A stretch of 63,904 nt of DNA, the filler included, from Octopus bimaculoides (lineage: Eukaryota), in assembly GCF_001194135.2 (NCBI RefSeq). It is 4 parts of 3 records of this genome, joined end to end, with 100 filler letters (N's around TTAATTAATTAA, not from the genome) between each part and the next. Parts side by side here need not be neighbours in the genome. Positions count along the whole stretch, not along the records: positions 41,220 to 62,383 come from NC_068982.1; 3 more parts are not named here. One strand, written 5' to 3'. Below are positions 41,387 to 55,400 of this stretch, piece by piece. The notes below the pieces were generated by a model. It saw nothing but the letters and a program-made list of their open reading frames with translations. It made no database searches and was not told where the DNA came from. Position 1 is the first letter of the stretch. Every line of letters begins with the position of its first letter. Position numbers and translations under genes: made by a program.

Positions 41387-42901
41387 AGCTTTTAAATATT
41401 CATACATTATGATTAGTTGTTAATCCTATGGCAACTTTGATCGAGCAGAACAATGTCCAAAGGCTTTCCTAGCATGATCATCCCATCTATTTAGGGGTAT
41501 GAAGAGTATGTAGGACTATACTATTTAATGTGTCCTGTCATTGGACAGTAGAATGTGAATTGAGGGAGATTTGGCTATTTTTTCTAGCTGGTAGAGTGAC
41601 TACATAAACACTTGTTTGTCTGCAGATACATGTTATTGTCTGTAACTGACACAACAGAACCTTTGTCAACTCTTTCAAAAGCAAGAAGAATGTATTAAAA
41701 ACAATAACTTACAGAGAACTGAAACTAATTTAAGTGACAATGTTGATGTAGCCAATCAGTTATTATGAGTGTACAATCTATATGTATATGTTCTGTTTAC
41801 CTTGTTTGGTAAGAAAGAGCAGGGCTAAGTGTATACTTTTATGAGTGTAATACAAATCATCATCATTGTTTTAACGTTCCCCTTTTCCATGCTTGCATGG
41901 GTCAGACAGAATTTGTTAAGGCAGATTTTCTATGGATGCCCTTCCTGTTGTCAACCCTTGTTTGTTTCCCCATGGCCACATATGTTTTTAGAGAAGATTA
42001 GAAATGAAGGATACTGCTTGCATAACAATAAAATTCACTTGAAATTACCATGCTACATATAATCTCTCTCTTTCTCCCCCCCTCTCTCACACCCACACCC
42101 ACACGACTTTCAGTTTCTACCAAATCCACTCACAAGACTTTGGTTAGCCTAGTGCTATAGTAGAAGACACTTGTCCAAGGGGGTCTCACAGTGGCACCGA
42201 ACCTGAAACCTTGTGGTTGGGAAGCAAACATTTTGCACCTATGCCTATAAATACATATGAAATTTCAGTTTCATCGTGATAAAGCTGAACTATGACCGAA
42301 AACACTCTAATTGTGACCACAACAAATTTTAGTGGGTATACAGGACTATATTATTCAATGTACCCTTTCCTTATTTAAGACATTAGGGAGCGATTTGAGT
42401 GAGATTTGGCTGTTATTTCTAACAGATTAAATGACTATATAGAGACTCCCTTGTTGACTATTTGAGTAATGTGTTAATGTTCATTGTTCTTTGATTATAT
42501 TTATTACATGGCTGAATGTTTATAAGTGTAGCCAGGTGTCAATGCTCCCCTTATCAGTCATCTGTTGATACTGTCAGCATATGTTGACATGTGACAACCA
42601 ATTAACACAACAACTGTTCAATTATTATTCATTCTTGAATAATATGGCAACCTCATTTTTTTTTTTGTTTAGCACTAAATTGATTGATCAAAGGTTTTCC
42701 AGCTGTGACCATCCAACCATTTTTGGATGGAATATAATGTACCCCAAACAACATTAGCCAAAATGTCTTTCCTTTTCTAAGATAGTAAAGGAGATTTGGT
42801 TGCTATTTCTGGCAGGTCAGGATTCTATGTAGAAACTTCTCTATTGGTACTTCTTTTAGCTCAACATTTGTCGATGTTATAAATATTGGATATTAGATCA
42901 A

Positions 42902-43121
42902 CCCTTTAGCATTCAAATTAATCCATCAACTGTAATGCTTATTTATCCACATTGTTTCATATTAATCATGCATTATCTCATAGCTCTGTGATTTTGATGA
43001 TGTGATTGTTTATGTTTAGAATGACATTGTAGGGTATGTGTGAGAGGCCAGATCTAGCCAGTTTGAACATAAAACAGATCAAATACTTGGGCCGGACATG
43101 GCCTGTTTGAATGCTAAAGGG
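42902..43121. mobile_element. piggyBac-type MITE (220 bp)
   Basis: Perfect 16-bp TIR CCCTTTAGCATTCAAA / TTTGAATGCTAAAGGG; TTAA at right, TCAA at left. Confidence 0.8.
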
Positions 43122-44099
43122 TTAAGCTTCTGTAGGGTTTTACCTAGGGAAAATGTAGTCCAGGAGAGATCTCCAGAGGCTTGTAGTCCTGGGGTGGAAT
43201 TATAAAAGGATCACTCTTTGGGATATTTTTCACAGTATTTTACATTCGAGATCATCATGAGAGATCATCAGTGGTGAAATCTAGTTGTTGTTGACTAAAA
43301 GCTTTATTTGTGTTTGTTCATATTAAGAAGAGTGTTTAATAGGATAGTTTGTTGGTCTGTGGTAGATGTAGAGGAAGAGACTATCAGACAACTCAAGTTG
43401 GCAAATAACATAGCTTCTGTGCCAGTGGTGTAATATGAGAAAAGTCTGAGTGCCAAGAGAAGTGTGCATTGAAGGCACTGAGGATAATGACTTCATGGAG
43501 ATGTAGGTTCAAATAAAGATCCTTAGGGTAGGATATGAAGTTACTGAACCTTTGTTCATGGTTAAGAGATATTTAAAGAACAGTAGTGGAATGGGGAAGA
43601 GATGCTTTGTTGCTTAGCTCCAAATCAGTCCTGATTATGCAGGCCTATAATCAAAGACATTTTAATCATGACCATTCTGTCCTTTTTTTTTGTGTATATG
43701 TGGGGTGAAGTAGGGAAGAGCATCTGGGACTACATCATCTAATAGGTCTTAAACTTTTTTGAAGAGAACTGTATGGGATTTCCATTTCTAGCATTTAGAG
43801 TAATTATGTATAGACTCCTGTACTGACTCCTTGTATGCTATGCTTGTCAAATATGGTGTAAAGGGTAAAATTTGGACTGTATTTCATAGATTTTGTTGTA
43901 ATTTTATTTCCCAAGTTGAAATAAAAGAGGGAGCTACAGAATATGTGAAAGCAAAGACATTCAGCATCTTTTACTATAGGCTGTTGGGTTTATGTTACAC
44001 ATTTGAAAGATTTCTTCTCTTGTTTTGAAAGTGTTATTTTTTATATTTCATTTTTTGTATTTGCCTGAATAGTATGGTCTTTAAAAATTTGAATGTATG

Positions 44100-44470
44100 T
44101 ATTCTTTTATTCTTTTAGTCATTTGATTCTGGCCATGCTGGAACACCACCTTTAGTTGAACAAATCGACCCCAGGACTTATTTTATTGATCACTTGTACT
44201 TACTCTATCAGTTACTTTTGCCAAACTGCTAAGTTACAGGGACGTAAACACATCAACATTGTTATCAAGTGATGGTGGGGGGACAAACACAGACATACAA
44301 ATATATATATATATATATATACACACACGACAGGCTTCTTTCAGTTTACGTCTACCAAATCCCCTTACAAGGCCTGAGGATATAGTAGAAGACACTTGCC
44401 CAAGGTGCCACGCAGTGGGACTGAACCTGGGACCATGTGGTTGGGAAGCAAGCTTACCACACAACAATGC
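44100..44470 (-). mobile_element. SINE family A copy (CpG-decayed)
   Basis: Reverse-complement match to family A head and tail; other partial copies at about 31310, 35237, 38370, 42105, 47070, 53830 and 61000. Confidence 0.75.
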
Positions 44471-44677
44471 TGTTTCTCTGAATTAGATTTTAGTAATTTG
44501 CTACCTTTTCAGAATTAGCCACATAGAGTAATGTACTTTAACTAAGAGTAACAAAACAAAGCTATGATATGGTCAGAAACTTTAGCTAGTTTGTTGGTAG
44601 CCCAACACCTAAAGTTAAAAACATTTCTGCTTTATTATATTAATTTTTTTTCTTCTTTTTTTACATCTGTTTTCCAG

Positions 44678-44925
44678 TTGAGCTTGTTTGTGAAGCTCCA
44701 AATAATCGTTTGAATAAGTTTCAAGGAACCATGAAGTGGAAAGACCAGAATTTTGCTTTAGACAACAACCACATTCTTTTGAGGGGATGTGTGCTACGTA
44801 ATACAAGATGGTGTTATGGCGTGGTTGTTTTTGCTGGCTGTGATACCAAGCTCATGATGAACAGTGGTAAATCTGTCTTTAAACGCACACACATTGATCG
44901 TCTCATGAATGTTCTCATTGTAGGG
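44678..44925 (+). CDS. ATP8B: ATP8B-like exon A: [20 protein letters not shown]...[50 protein letters not shown]
   Basis: Acceptor tttccag|, donor GGG|gtaagt; starts phase 1, ends phase 0. Confidence 0.95.
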
Positions 44926-47900
44926 GTAAGTGTGTATTTTATGTCAAACATTGTCATTATTTTTAATTCTTTTAATGAAGATTGATTATAATTATTTTCC
45001 ACTCCTATCATGCTGCTGACACTTTTTTTAATATTTTGATTCAGTTATACTGCATTCTTTGCAATATCTAGTTTTTTTTTTATTGCAGTTAAATATCATA
45101 GAGTGAAAAATGAAGTTTTGTTTTCACATATTATGTAAAGCAAAGTCAATGTTTCATTACTCAATACAGGTCTACTTTGACAGTATTCAAGTGACCCAGC
45201 AGACAAGTTCCAATTAGCCAGAAATTTTGCTAAGCTATCAGTTTCCCAACCAGTCAACACCACAAATTTAAATTATAGTTATCAATTACTTCTGCTTAAT
45301 TTGATTATTCAATCTTCTAGAATTATACTTATTGAACCTGACAACCCTTTTTTTCTCATGAATCCCCATTTGGACTGAATTCCCTTAACTCTACTGAACA
45401 AAGTTTGCTATTTCTTTTGCTCCAGTATTCATGTCAATACTTTTTATTGTAAACAGTTCATAGCTAAATTGGTGATACCTGCAATGTGAAATAATTAAAA
45501 GGGGTGATGAGAATAAATTTTGGAAGAATAGCTATAGTACTATGTTATTACCAGTGTAAAATTTATAAGGGAGAAGTGAGGGAGTACACTCTATAAACTT
45601 TGGATTAAGCAAAGATTATCGATTTCTTAAATTGTGATACTTCAGATTGTAATCTTGGTTGCTGATGAGATAATAATATACTAACAAGCTTTCACTTAGC
45701 AATATTTAAAAAAAATATTTTATTCTAAACTAGACATATTCTTTGACTATCTTGGAATATCATTGACTTACTTAGAAGATGTACAATTACTATTTTTTTT
45801 TGTTATATCATTATGTTATCTAAAATATATTAAATGTTTTCTTTATAGATCTTTGGCTTCCTTTTGTCCATGTGTCTCATATGTACAGTTGCATGTGGTG
45901 TATGGGAAACTGTTACTGGGTACCGATTTCAAACTTATCTGCCATGGGAAAGATTTGTTCCAGGATCTACAATTGGGGACAAACAAGATTCAAAGACAAG
46001 AGGAGCAACGATAATTGCTGTTTTAGTATTTCTCTCCTATATCATTATTTTAAACACTGTGGTACCAATATCACTTTATGTCAGGTAGGTGCCATATGTT
46101 TCTTTTGCATTTCTCTGTATGTATAAGATGTTCCCTTCTTTAGACAACTCATTTATTGTCAGATAGTCAAAGCAACTGCTTTTCATTTTCTTTGAATCAT
46201 CAAATTATGTTCTGTAGAATTGAATTACATACTGTGAACTAAGAAAACATTCATAGATTTTTAAAATGCAGCTACTTAAATATTGGATACTATTTTCTGT
46301 TTTTGAGGGAGTGATCAGAGAATTTCACATCCATGGCAACAATATGTACATAATAGTCTAACATTTATTACGGGGAGGAGAGTTTGGAATGAGTTTTATT
46401 GTATGCATATAGTGTAGAGTAAGGAGTAAAAATGAACAGAAAATATGGAGATCTTCACTGCACTATGACTGGGGGTTGTTGGCAGTATTCTTTACTTGTA
46501 CTACTACAAGTTAACTACTTGGATGATTGAGTTTGTGGGGTTTTATTAAACAAAGAACTTTGCCCAAGGGAATGGCTTAAGCTATCTGCTTAGCTATCTC
46601 AGGTGAGTCTGTAGTGAGGTAATTTAATGCTACTTTTAGTAAGGATTGCCAAACTGGGCTACAAGTTGCAGATTGTTACTTTTCAGGATTTCATGCTATT
46701 ATTGAAAGTTAGTAATTTCGTATGATATTCAATACAATTCTTAAGTAAACTAGAACTGACTTACCAGCAGCCTATGTACACTATCATCATCATTATAACA
46801 TCCACTTTCCCTTGCATTGAAGCAGATTTTCTATGGCTGGATAGTCTTCTTGTTACCCACTCACACTTGTTTCTAAGTAAGGTAATATTTCCCCATGGTC
46901 GATCATGTTTCATGGAAGATTGAGACCAAGTTACACTGCTTGTATGATAGTAACACACATTTACAACTATCATGCAATGTCAAGAGAAGGACCCCCCCCC
47001 CCATCCACGCGCATGCACGATTAACTNNNNNNNNNNCCCCCCCCCCCATCCACGCGCATGCACGATTAACTTCTTTGGTTTCTATCTGCTAAATCCACTT
47101 TTAAGGCTTTGGTCAACCTGAGGCTATGGTAGAAGGTACGTGTTCGAAGTTCCTTGCAGTGGGCTGAATCTAGAACCATGTCATTGGGAAATGAGCTTCT
47201 TAACCTACATAGCTATGTCTGTAGGTGTGTGTGTTTGTGTGCGTGTGTGTGTGTGTTCATTTTGCACTCCTTTCTGAACATTGTTACTTTCTGAACATTG
47301 TTACTTTCTGAACATTGTTACTTTCTGAACATTTTGTGCTACTTGTGAAATGATCTGGTAACTTTTAATTTATTTGACATGTTTTGACTGTTTAGATGAT
47401 TTGAAGTATAAGTGAGATCATTATTGATAATAACGTCTCTGAGGTCATTTATAATGATGTCTAAGGCAGCAAACTGGCAGAATTGTTGGCATGCTAGGCA
47501 AAATGCTTAGTGGCATTTCATTCGTCTTTATGTTTTGAGTTCAAATTCTGCTGGGGTCGACTTTTCCTTTCATACTTTTGGGATCGATAAAATAAGTACC
47601 AGTTGAACACTGGGGTCAATGTAATCAACTTAACACCTACCCTTAAATTGCTGGCTTTGTGCCAAAATTTGAAACAATTATTGATAGTGTCAGAAAAATA
47701 AATTCCATGACAGTTGCTCCTATGTCAGGGAAAGTAACTATTCTCTGCAGCTTTGAAATTTTACATTCACCAGAAATGATCATTGTCATCATTGTGAGTG
47801 TTTTTAAAGCTTGTGTATTACAATCGTAGCAATTACACAAGTCTGTATATTGACAAGTAGAATTGTTCATTTTACTTGTCAATCTTTTTTGTCAATTTCC

Positions 47901-49404
47901 CGATGAGATATGCAAAAATTGTGTAGTCTGTGTATTCTTTATTATGTTCTAATTTCCTTTTTTTTTTTTTTTAATTCAGTGTGGAGATGATCCGATTTGC
48001 TCACAGTTTAATGATCAATTGGGATGTAAAGATGTATTATGAGAAAGCTGACACACCAGCCAAATGTCGTACAACAACACTGAATGAAGAACTTGGTCAG
48101 ATTGAGTATATCTTTTCTGACAAAACAGGTACACTAACCCAGGTGAGTAACAAAATAGAAGGAATATTGTTGATTTCTTTTTTTCAAATGCAATGTTTGT
48201 GCAGGCTGGTCATACTTTAATAGAACAAAAATACAAGGATTCAGATCATACAGTGAATTTTTGAAACCTCATGTTATCTATTTTTCATTGTAGGTAAGAA
48301 ACAACAGTCACTCTTTTATAGTCAAATATTCTTTTCTACTCTAGGCACGAGGCTTGAAATTTTTGGAGAGGTGGGGGCCAATCGATTAGATCGATTCCAG
48401 TATGCAACTGGTACTTAGTTTATTTGACCCTGAAAGGATGAAAGGCAAAGTTGACCTTGGCAGAATTTGAACTCAGAACATAAAGACAGACGAAATACCA
48501 CTAAACATTTTGCCCAGTGTACTAACGTTTCTGCTAACTTGCCGCCTTTTATAGTCAAATATTAAGAATTAGTTTCCATTTTATGTAGATCGGATGTGTC
48601 TACTAAATTTTAGTTCCTTGTAAATTATGCTAGCATTTAATTTCAAATTGTTTTCATTTTTGCAAAAACCAAGGGAAAATGACTGTGTGACACTACAGAC
48701 TGTTTTAATCCCAGTCAAACATTGGGAAAAGGCAAGATAAAATGATAATGAATTTATAAGATTTAAAAATAACCTATTTAGTGTAGTTACTGTAATATAG
48801 TCTCATATAAGTCATTTTATTTTAGCTACAAATATTTCTGTGTTAAGTATTATGCATAGACATATATCATCATCACTTTTACATACACACATACATATTT
48901 GAGCATTACTATGTTTAATAGAAAGGTAAAAGAACTTTAATAATTCTTAAATTATCTCTAAGCTGAGTAAAGAAGTTATGAAATAAAATACTGCACATAT
49001 TTTTATCAAACTGTATCCAGTTTTCCCTCATTGATCTTTATTGTTTTCTTATATTTTCCTATTGTTATTAGAACATCATGACCTTTAACAAATGTTCCAT
49101 TGATGGAAAATATTATGGGGATTATGTCAATGAACCTGGTAAAAATCTTGATGTGAGTGAGGTAAGTTGTATTCAATTTCTGTGAGATATAAACATTGAG
49201 AAACATTTGGTGACAAGTCTAAGCAATTAAAGTAAAATTTAATACATTATTTGCACAAATAGATAATAAGTATAGTACAAACATTGAAATTCTATTATGA
49301 AAATGATTCTTCAAAAATGTAAAATCTGTTATCATTGGATAGCTGAAGGAACTTATTGTGTGATGAGTTATGCTTTTATTGAGGTTATGATCACAGAATG
49401 TCTG

Positions 49405-49466
<62 letters not shown>

Positions 49467-52400
49467 GAGAATATACGAAAAAACAACAACAGGCGAGGAC
49501 AGGTGGTGTAAATAACAAAAGGATGTATTAGTATGACGCTTGGGAATACGGAAAGTCTTTGACGTTTCGAGCTACGCTCTTCAACAGAAAGAATACGGAG
49601 ACAAGGAGAAAAACACGGAGAAAAAAAATTATATATATATATATTCTCTGTTTAGTTCTTATGCAAAGAAAAACCTATATTAAAGGAAATCAGAGTGTGG
49701 AAGAAAGACATTTGGTATGATGTAAATAGATATTTCTTGAGCTAGACATTTACTTTAGGTGGAGAAGCATTGATACAGCCTGTGAGAAATTCATTAAGAA
49801 AGAGAAGAGAATAAAGAGAGAAAAGCAACAGATAAAAGATTGTATGGAAAGATACTAGTATCTATATGTATATCCATGTACCGAATTTCAGTCTATGCCT
49901 ACCATGTAATTTGCATGTATTCCATTTAATCTGGTAGTTTACTGAAAACCATTCTTTCATTTCCAGAGAGGCCCAAGAATTGATCTATCACAGAACCAAT
50001 ATGCTGAGAAGTCCTTCATGTTTAGTGATTACCGTCTCATTGAAGAGATACGTAGGAACAACCCCAAAGTTTGGCAGTTTTTCAGGCTATTGGCACTATG
50101 TCACACTGTGATGCCAGAAATGAAAGAAACTGGTTAGTAATTAGTTAAATTTTTATTTACTTATTTATTAAGATTTTTGATGTTGAAATGTAATTTTCTT
50201 CCAAAGATGTAACGTTTAAGATATATAACTTATGATTTAGTATTTCTAGATTCTTCTGTCTTATAGAGCCCAATGATATTGATATTAGAAATGGTAATTT
50301 GCATTCCATGAAGCAAAATAAATCTTCATATTCTGCAAGTTATATTGCTGTGTATCTTTGACCAAGACAACTTCATAGAGGGTTTGGAAAAATGCTTTGT
50401 AGTGAGTTATGTCCCTTCACATTTTGAGTTAAAATCCATGGCGGTTGGCTTTGTGCTTCATCTTGCCAGATTTTATAAAAAAGGTACCAGATAAATACTG
50501 TAGTCTATTCAGAAATTTTTCATTATTACTTTTAATGGTGCAAGAACTGGATCTCAATTTATCGAATCAACAAGTCTTTGGGTTCCTAGTTCACACCCAC
50601 TTCACTTACTTGAGTTATGAATCTCTACTAGACTCTTATTACTTATGTTTGAAGCCTAATTAAACAAATTCTTAATGAAAGTTACATTAACTTAGTAGAT
50701 AAAAATCATATTACCTGTTTCTGATCTATAACTCTGTTGTTGTTTAGCTCCAAGACATTTCTGATCAAAGAGACTGTTGATGAAAGGTCTTGCAACTATG
50801 ATCATTCTGTCTTGTAGTAAGTGTATCTCGGATTACATTATCCAATATATCTTCCCTTCTGTAATAAGGTAGTATGTAGATTATTGTGGTTCCACCAACA
50901 TTGGAGTTGGTAAAAAGTAAACATAAGTTAGTGATGTAAGGAAAATGAAGAAAAACAGTTCAATGAATAGCTTTTTGTAATGATATTTTTTTTCAAAAAT
51001 GGAAATTTTCAGAATTTCTTTCAAAGAACATCTCATAATATGCATATATTCATTTTCCCCTTTCACTGGTAGTGACATTCTTCAAGAAGGAATTAATGGT
51101 GTGCCTCAGGTCACTAGTGGCTAGTTTTATATGCCCTCTTTTCTAACTTTTAACTATTCTAGATTTCGCAATTCCCACAAAAAGAAATAAACGTTTGTCT
51201 CCTTCCATAAAAGAAAGGGTCTTTTCCTTCTTGCTAACAATGATAACTTTAGGACAATAAAGAAGCTGAAAGAAATAGAATGATACATTCCATTAACCTT
51301 CATGCAAAGAATAGATCATTAAAATCAAGAAAGAAGCAAAAACGATAGTTTCCTGAATGTTTCCCCATCTTGTTATGATCTCCTCTACTGCTAATTAGAT
51401 CTCCTAGATAACAGGAGTTTCATGCATTTGTCTCTGTTCTTCAATTTTATCACTTTTAATGTCACCATTACATCCTGTAAAGTAGTGGGTATTAGGAAAA
51501 TTAGCAAGTCGTAAAAACCAAACCAAAAATTTAAATGTGTGAATGAGACCTAATCTTCCAATCTGTCCACAAGGGCAGTAAATAAAAATAAACTGAATTG
51601 GACCCCACTGACTTGTCCAATCCATGACAACATGCAAAGCAGGATCAAAACAATGATGATAATTCCATTTTAATCAGAAGACATCAAACTAAACATTTCC
51701 AATTCATTTTCCCAAGAACTACATTCCACTGAAACTTCCTATTCCTGCTCATCTGGTTGATCTTACTAAGATTTGTCATTTCTGTTAACTTATGGCTTTT
51801 AGTTTCTATTTATTTGTACTTCTCCACTAATTTCACTGGCAGTTCAATATGTTGGTGACAAATTTCTTTGTTGTGTGGAGGAAATTTCAAAGTTTTTGTT
51901 CATTGGTTCCTAATTTCAACTGAATTTTGGTAGATATTCCAGCTAAATTGTAGTAATTCCCAGTTACCTCATTTTACATAGTCCAGAACACACTAAAATG
52001 TCTGTTGGTTCAGCCTCTTCTCTTCAGTTTAAGTCATAAAGATATTCAAATGTAATGTCTTTTCTTTCTAAGAATGCTTTTAAATTTATATTTTTGTTAG
52101 GTTTGGAATATCAAGCCCAGTCTCCTGATGAGAATGCTCTTGTATCTGCTGCCCGAAATTTTGGTTTTGTATTCACGGTAAATTTTTCATTTCAATGTGA
52201 AGAGATATTAAAAACTAGCTGAATAGCCTATCATTGTTGGGCAATGTTTACAATAGAATAGGACTCTTGATCAGGACAGATTTGTGCAATTTTTCGCAAA
52301 AAAACTTCATTGAGGATTTTTTTCCTTTTTAATTTATTTACATGTCTGTTTGACCATTTCACATGACTTTATTCATTAAAACTTATTAAAACTTCAGAAG

Positions 52401-55400
52401 TTCTTACAACTTTGGTCATTGTAATGCTTTGCTTTCTTTTGTTAAATAAAAATTCCTCTAATGATTTTGCTTTCAATTTCGTGATAGATAGCTATCATGC
52501 AGAAAATGCTAGCTTCCAAATCCTGTTTTCTGATTAGGTAAAATTGATTAAACCTCAGTAACATTTTCTGCAATTTTTCTGGACAAAATAAATAACAAAA
52601 TCAGATTTAATGTGGAAAATTATTTCAATATACCAAATTTGAAAATTTTGAAGTAATTTTAAAATTTCACAATATGTGACAGCAACAGGGAAGACCCTAC
52701 AAAAGTAGAGAGACAGACAGTTGTAGGACGTCTCTCTTTCACATGCACACACACATTTACAAATTTGCACACAAGTAATCACGAGTTTTAAAATGGTGTA
52801 TGATGGACATATGTATGTACTTATTTATGTATATATATGTATGTATGTGTGTCTGTGTGAGTGTTTCTTTGCAATGAACAGTAGAAAAGCCACCGATCCC
52901 CTCTCTCCTTAAAGCCACATATGCCTCACACCCATCTTTCTTTCCCTTCCTTAGTGTTTTAAAAGTTAGTTATGTGCATGTGTGTGTGTGTGTCTGTATG
53001 CATGTATCTATGTATTTATGTAAGTATGTAAGTAGCATCTCATGTATATCCGTGAATGACAGCTGTATTAACGTTATCATCCAATGCCACTCTATATTTG
53101 TCGCTTACACAATGCTGTTCTTCCCTTCTCTGATATCAGCCACACTGACTATGCCACTACATTTTCCTCAGACTAACACTCTTGCATCCTTCTCATTTTA
53201 TCAAATGATAGCCCAACCCTGCTAGAGTGCCCATTATAGATTTTTATTGATATCCAATTAGCCTATAATTGAACTGGATGTTAGTTTAATATGTATGCAA
53301 AGTTTCGTCAAGATTGGTTCATTGGTGTAGGCAGCAAGATGGTAACAGACAGAAATTGCCATTTATGTATAAGATATATGAGCAAATTTAACAGTAACAT
53401 ATAAAAATATTTAACAAATAAATATTTCTTTGGGTTATGTAGATGGTTCATTTTGTGAGGTGAGTCATAAAAATCAAATGAATCCTTGTATTTACATATT
53501 ATCAATCCTAAAGGTTATGAGTCAGAATCATTGTTTTAATGCACACTTTTGCATGCTTGCATGGGTTGGACAGAATTTATTGAGGTGGATTTTCTATATC
53601 CAGACACCTTTCTTGTTAGCCATCACCTGTTTCTAAGTAAGGTAATATTTCCTCATAACCAAACATATTTTCATGGAAGATCGGAACTGAAGAATACAGT
53701 TTGCATGATGGTGACACTTGGTTATGACTCTCATGTGATATCAAGGCAAGGTGACAGTAACACACACACACACACACACACGCACACACGCACACACGCA
53801 CACACACACACACACACACATCTTTTATTTTCTATCTCCCAAATACATTCACTAGTCTTTGAGACTATAGTAGAAGACACTGACCCAGGGTGACTGAACT
53901 TAATGGGACTGAACATAAAACCATGTGGTTGGGAAACCTTGGTGTACTTGTGTACTTAGTGTTATGCAAAACAGCTTAGTAAACTTTTTAATATCTTTGT
54001 AAATAACACATAACCATAGAATTCGTGCAGAAGAGAAATTAGAAATTTGCTTGAATTTTCCTGAAAAATATTTCCACTACCAGAAGATTTATTTAATAGA
54101 CAAACTATAATTTTCAACATCTGTTACAAATGCAAATGAATATTCAATAGACATAAAACAATATATGTAATTTTGATCTTTTGTATATGTGCAAAGTTTT
54201 GAATGTATATTTGCTAGGTGCATGGCTCAGTGGTTAGAGCGTTAGGCTCACACTCATGAGGTAGTGAGGTTGATTCCCAGACTGGGCTGTGTGTTGTGTT
54301 CTTGAGCAAGACACTTTATTTCATGTTGCTCCAGTTCACTCAGCTGCAGAAATGAGTTGCGATGTCACTGGTGCCAAGCTGTTTTGACCTAACATTGGTG
54401 GTGTGGAGAGGGGAAACTGGTATGCATGGGTGACTGCTGGTCGTCCATAAACAACCTTGCTGGACTTGTGCCATGGTGGATAACTTTCTAGGTGCAAACC
54501 CATTGTCATTCATGACTGAAGAGGGTCTTTACCTTTACTGCATAAGTTAAATGTTGATGAATGTAATTGTGACCTCATGCTAATAAAAGCATTGTGTACA
54601 TATAAATATGATAAACATTCTATTTATCTCTATCTAGAGAAAGCATTAATGTCCTGCAAAATTATATTTGTTATTTTGAAACACTTGCTGATATGCTGCC
54701 TCTCCTTGATTTCTGAGTTTATTAATGTTTACTGTGTTGGTTTAAAGACAAAATTTCTCTTATTTTTTTTAGTCTCGTACTCCAAACACTATTACTATTG
54801 AAGTGAATGGTACTGAGGAAACCTATGAACTGCTGTGTATCCTAGATTTCAACAACGTTAGAAAAAGAATGTCTGTAAGTTGTCATAGGTTTATTTCTGT
54901 TGCTGCTTTTAATTGTAACTGTGAATTTACTCAAGTGGAATGCATATTGATATCTATTGTATGTAGCATAAACTGATATGATTATATTTGGAATGTGTGA
55001 AAGTGTAGCATATGTAAATGACTGTTGAATTATAATAATGGTTTGGAATTGGCCCAGTGTGATGAACAAATATTAAACTTCCATGTAAAATACTTTCTAT
55101 TAACTTAGATTAAATAGTAATACTATAATGGTCTACTTTCTCTCTGACTATATTTCTTTTCTGCAGGTGATAGTTCAGAAAGATGGTGTTATACAGCTGC
55201 TTTGTAAAGGTGCTGACACATTGGTGTTTACACTACTCTCTCCAGAATCAAACAATCTCAAGGAACTGACTTTAGAACACTTAAATGTAAGTTGAAAGCT
55301 AAAGCGAGGAACTTTATTTTCTAGACTGGGCGTTGTGAGTGTTTATTGAGCGAAAACACCTAAAGCTCCACGAGGCTCCAGCAGGGGATGGTGGCGAACC

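Noticed and set aside
41626-41790. Candidate upstream flippase exon after ctgcag at 41625
   Set aside because: All three frames hit stops quickly and none matches P4-ATPase A-domain sequence.
46990-47070. Direct duplication CCCCCATCCACGCGCATGCACGATTAACT around a 10-N gap
   Set aside because: Typical contig-overlap artefact at a gap.
41220-47333. Short tandem arrays (62-bp and 17-bp units) as CRISPR-like arrays
   Set aside because: No unique spacers, eukaryotic context, and the 62-mer matches a LINE UTR.
54216-54290. tRNA-like sequence with A and B boxes
   Set aside because: No complete cloverleaf; it continues into a SINE body, so it is a SINE head, not a tRNA gene.
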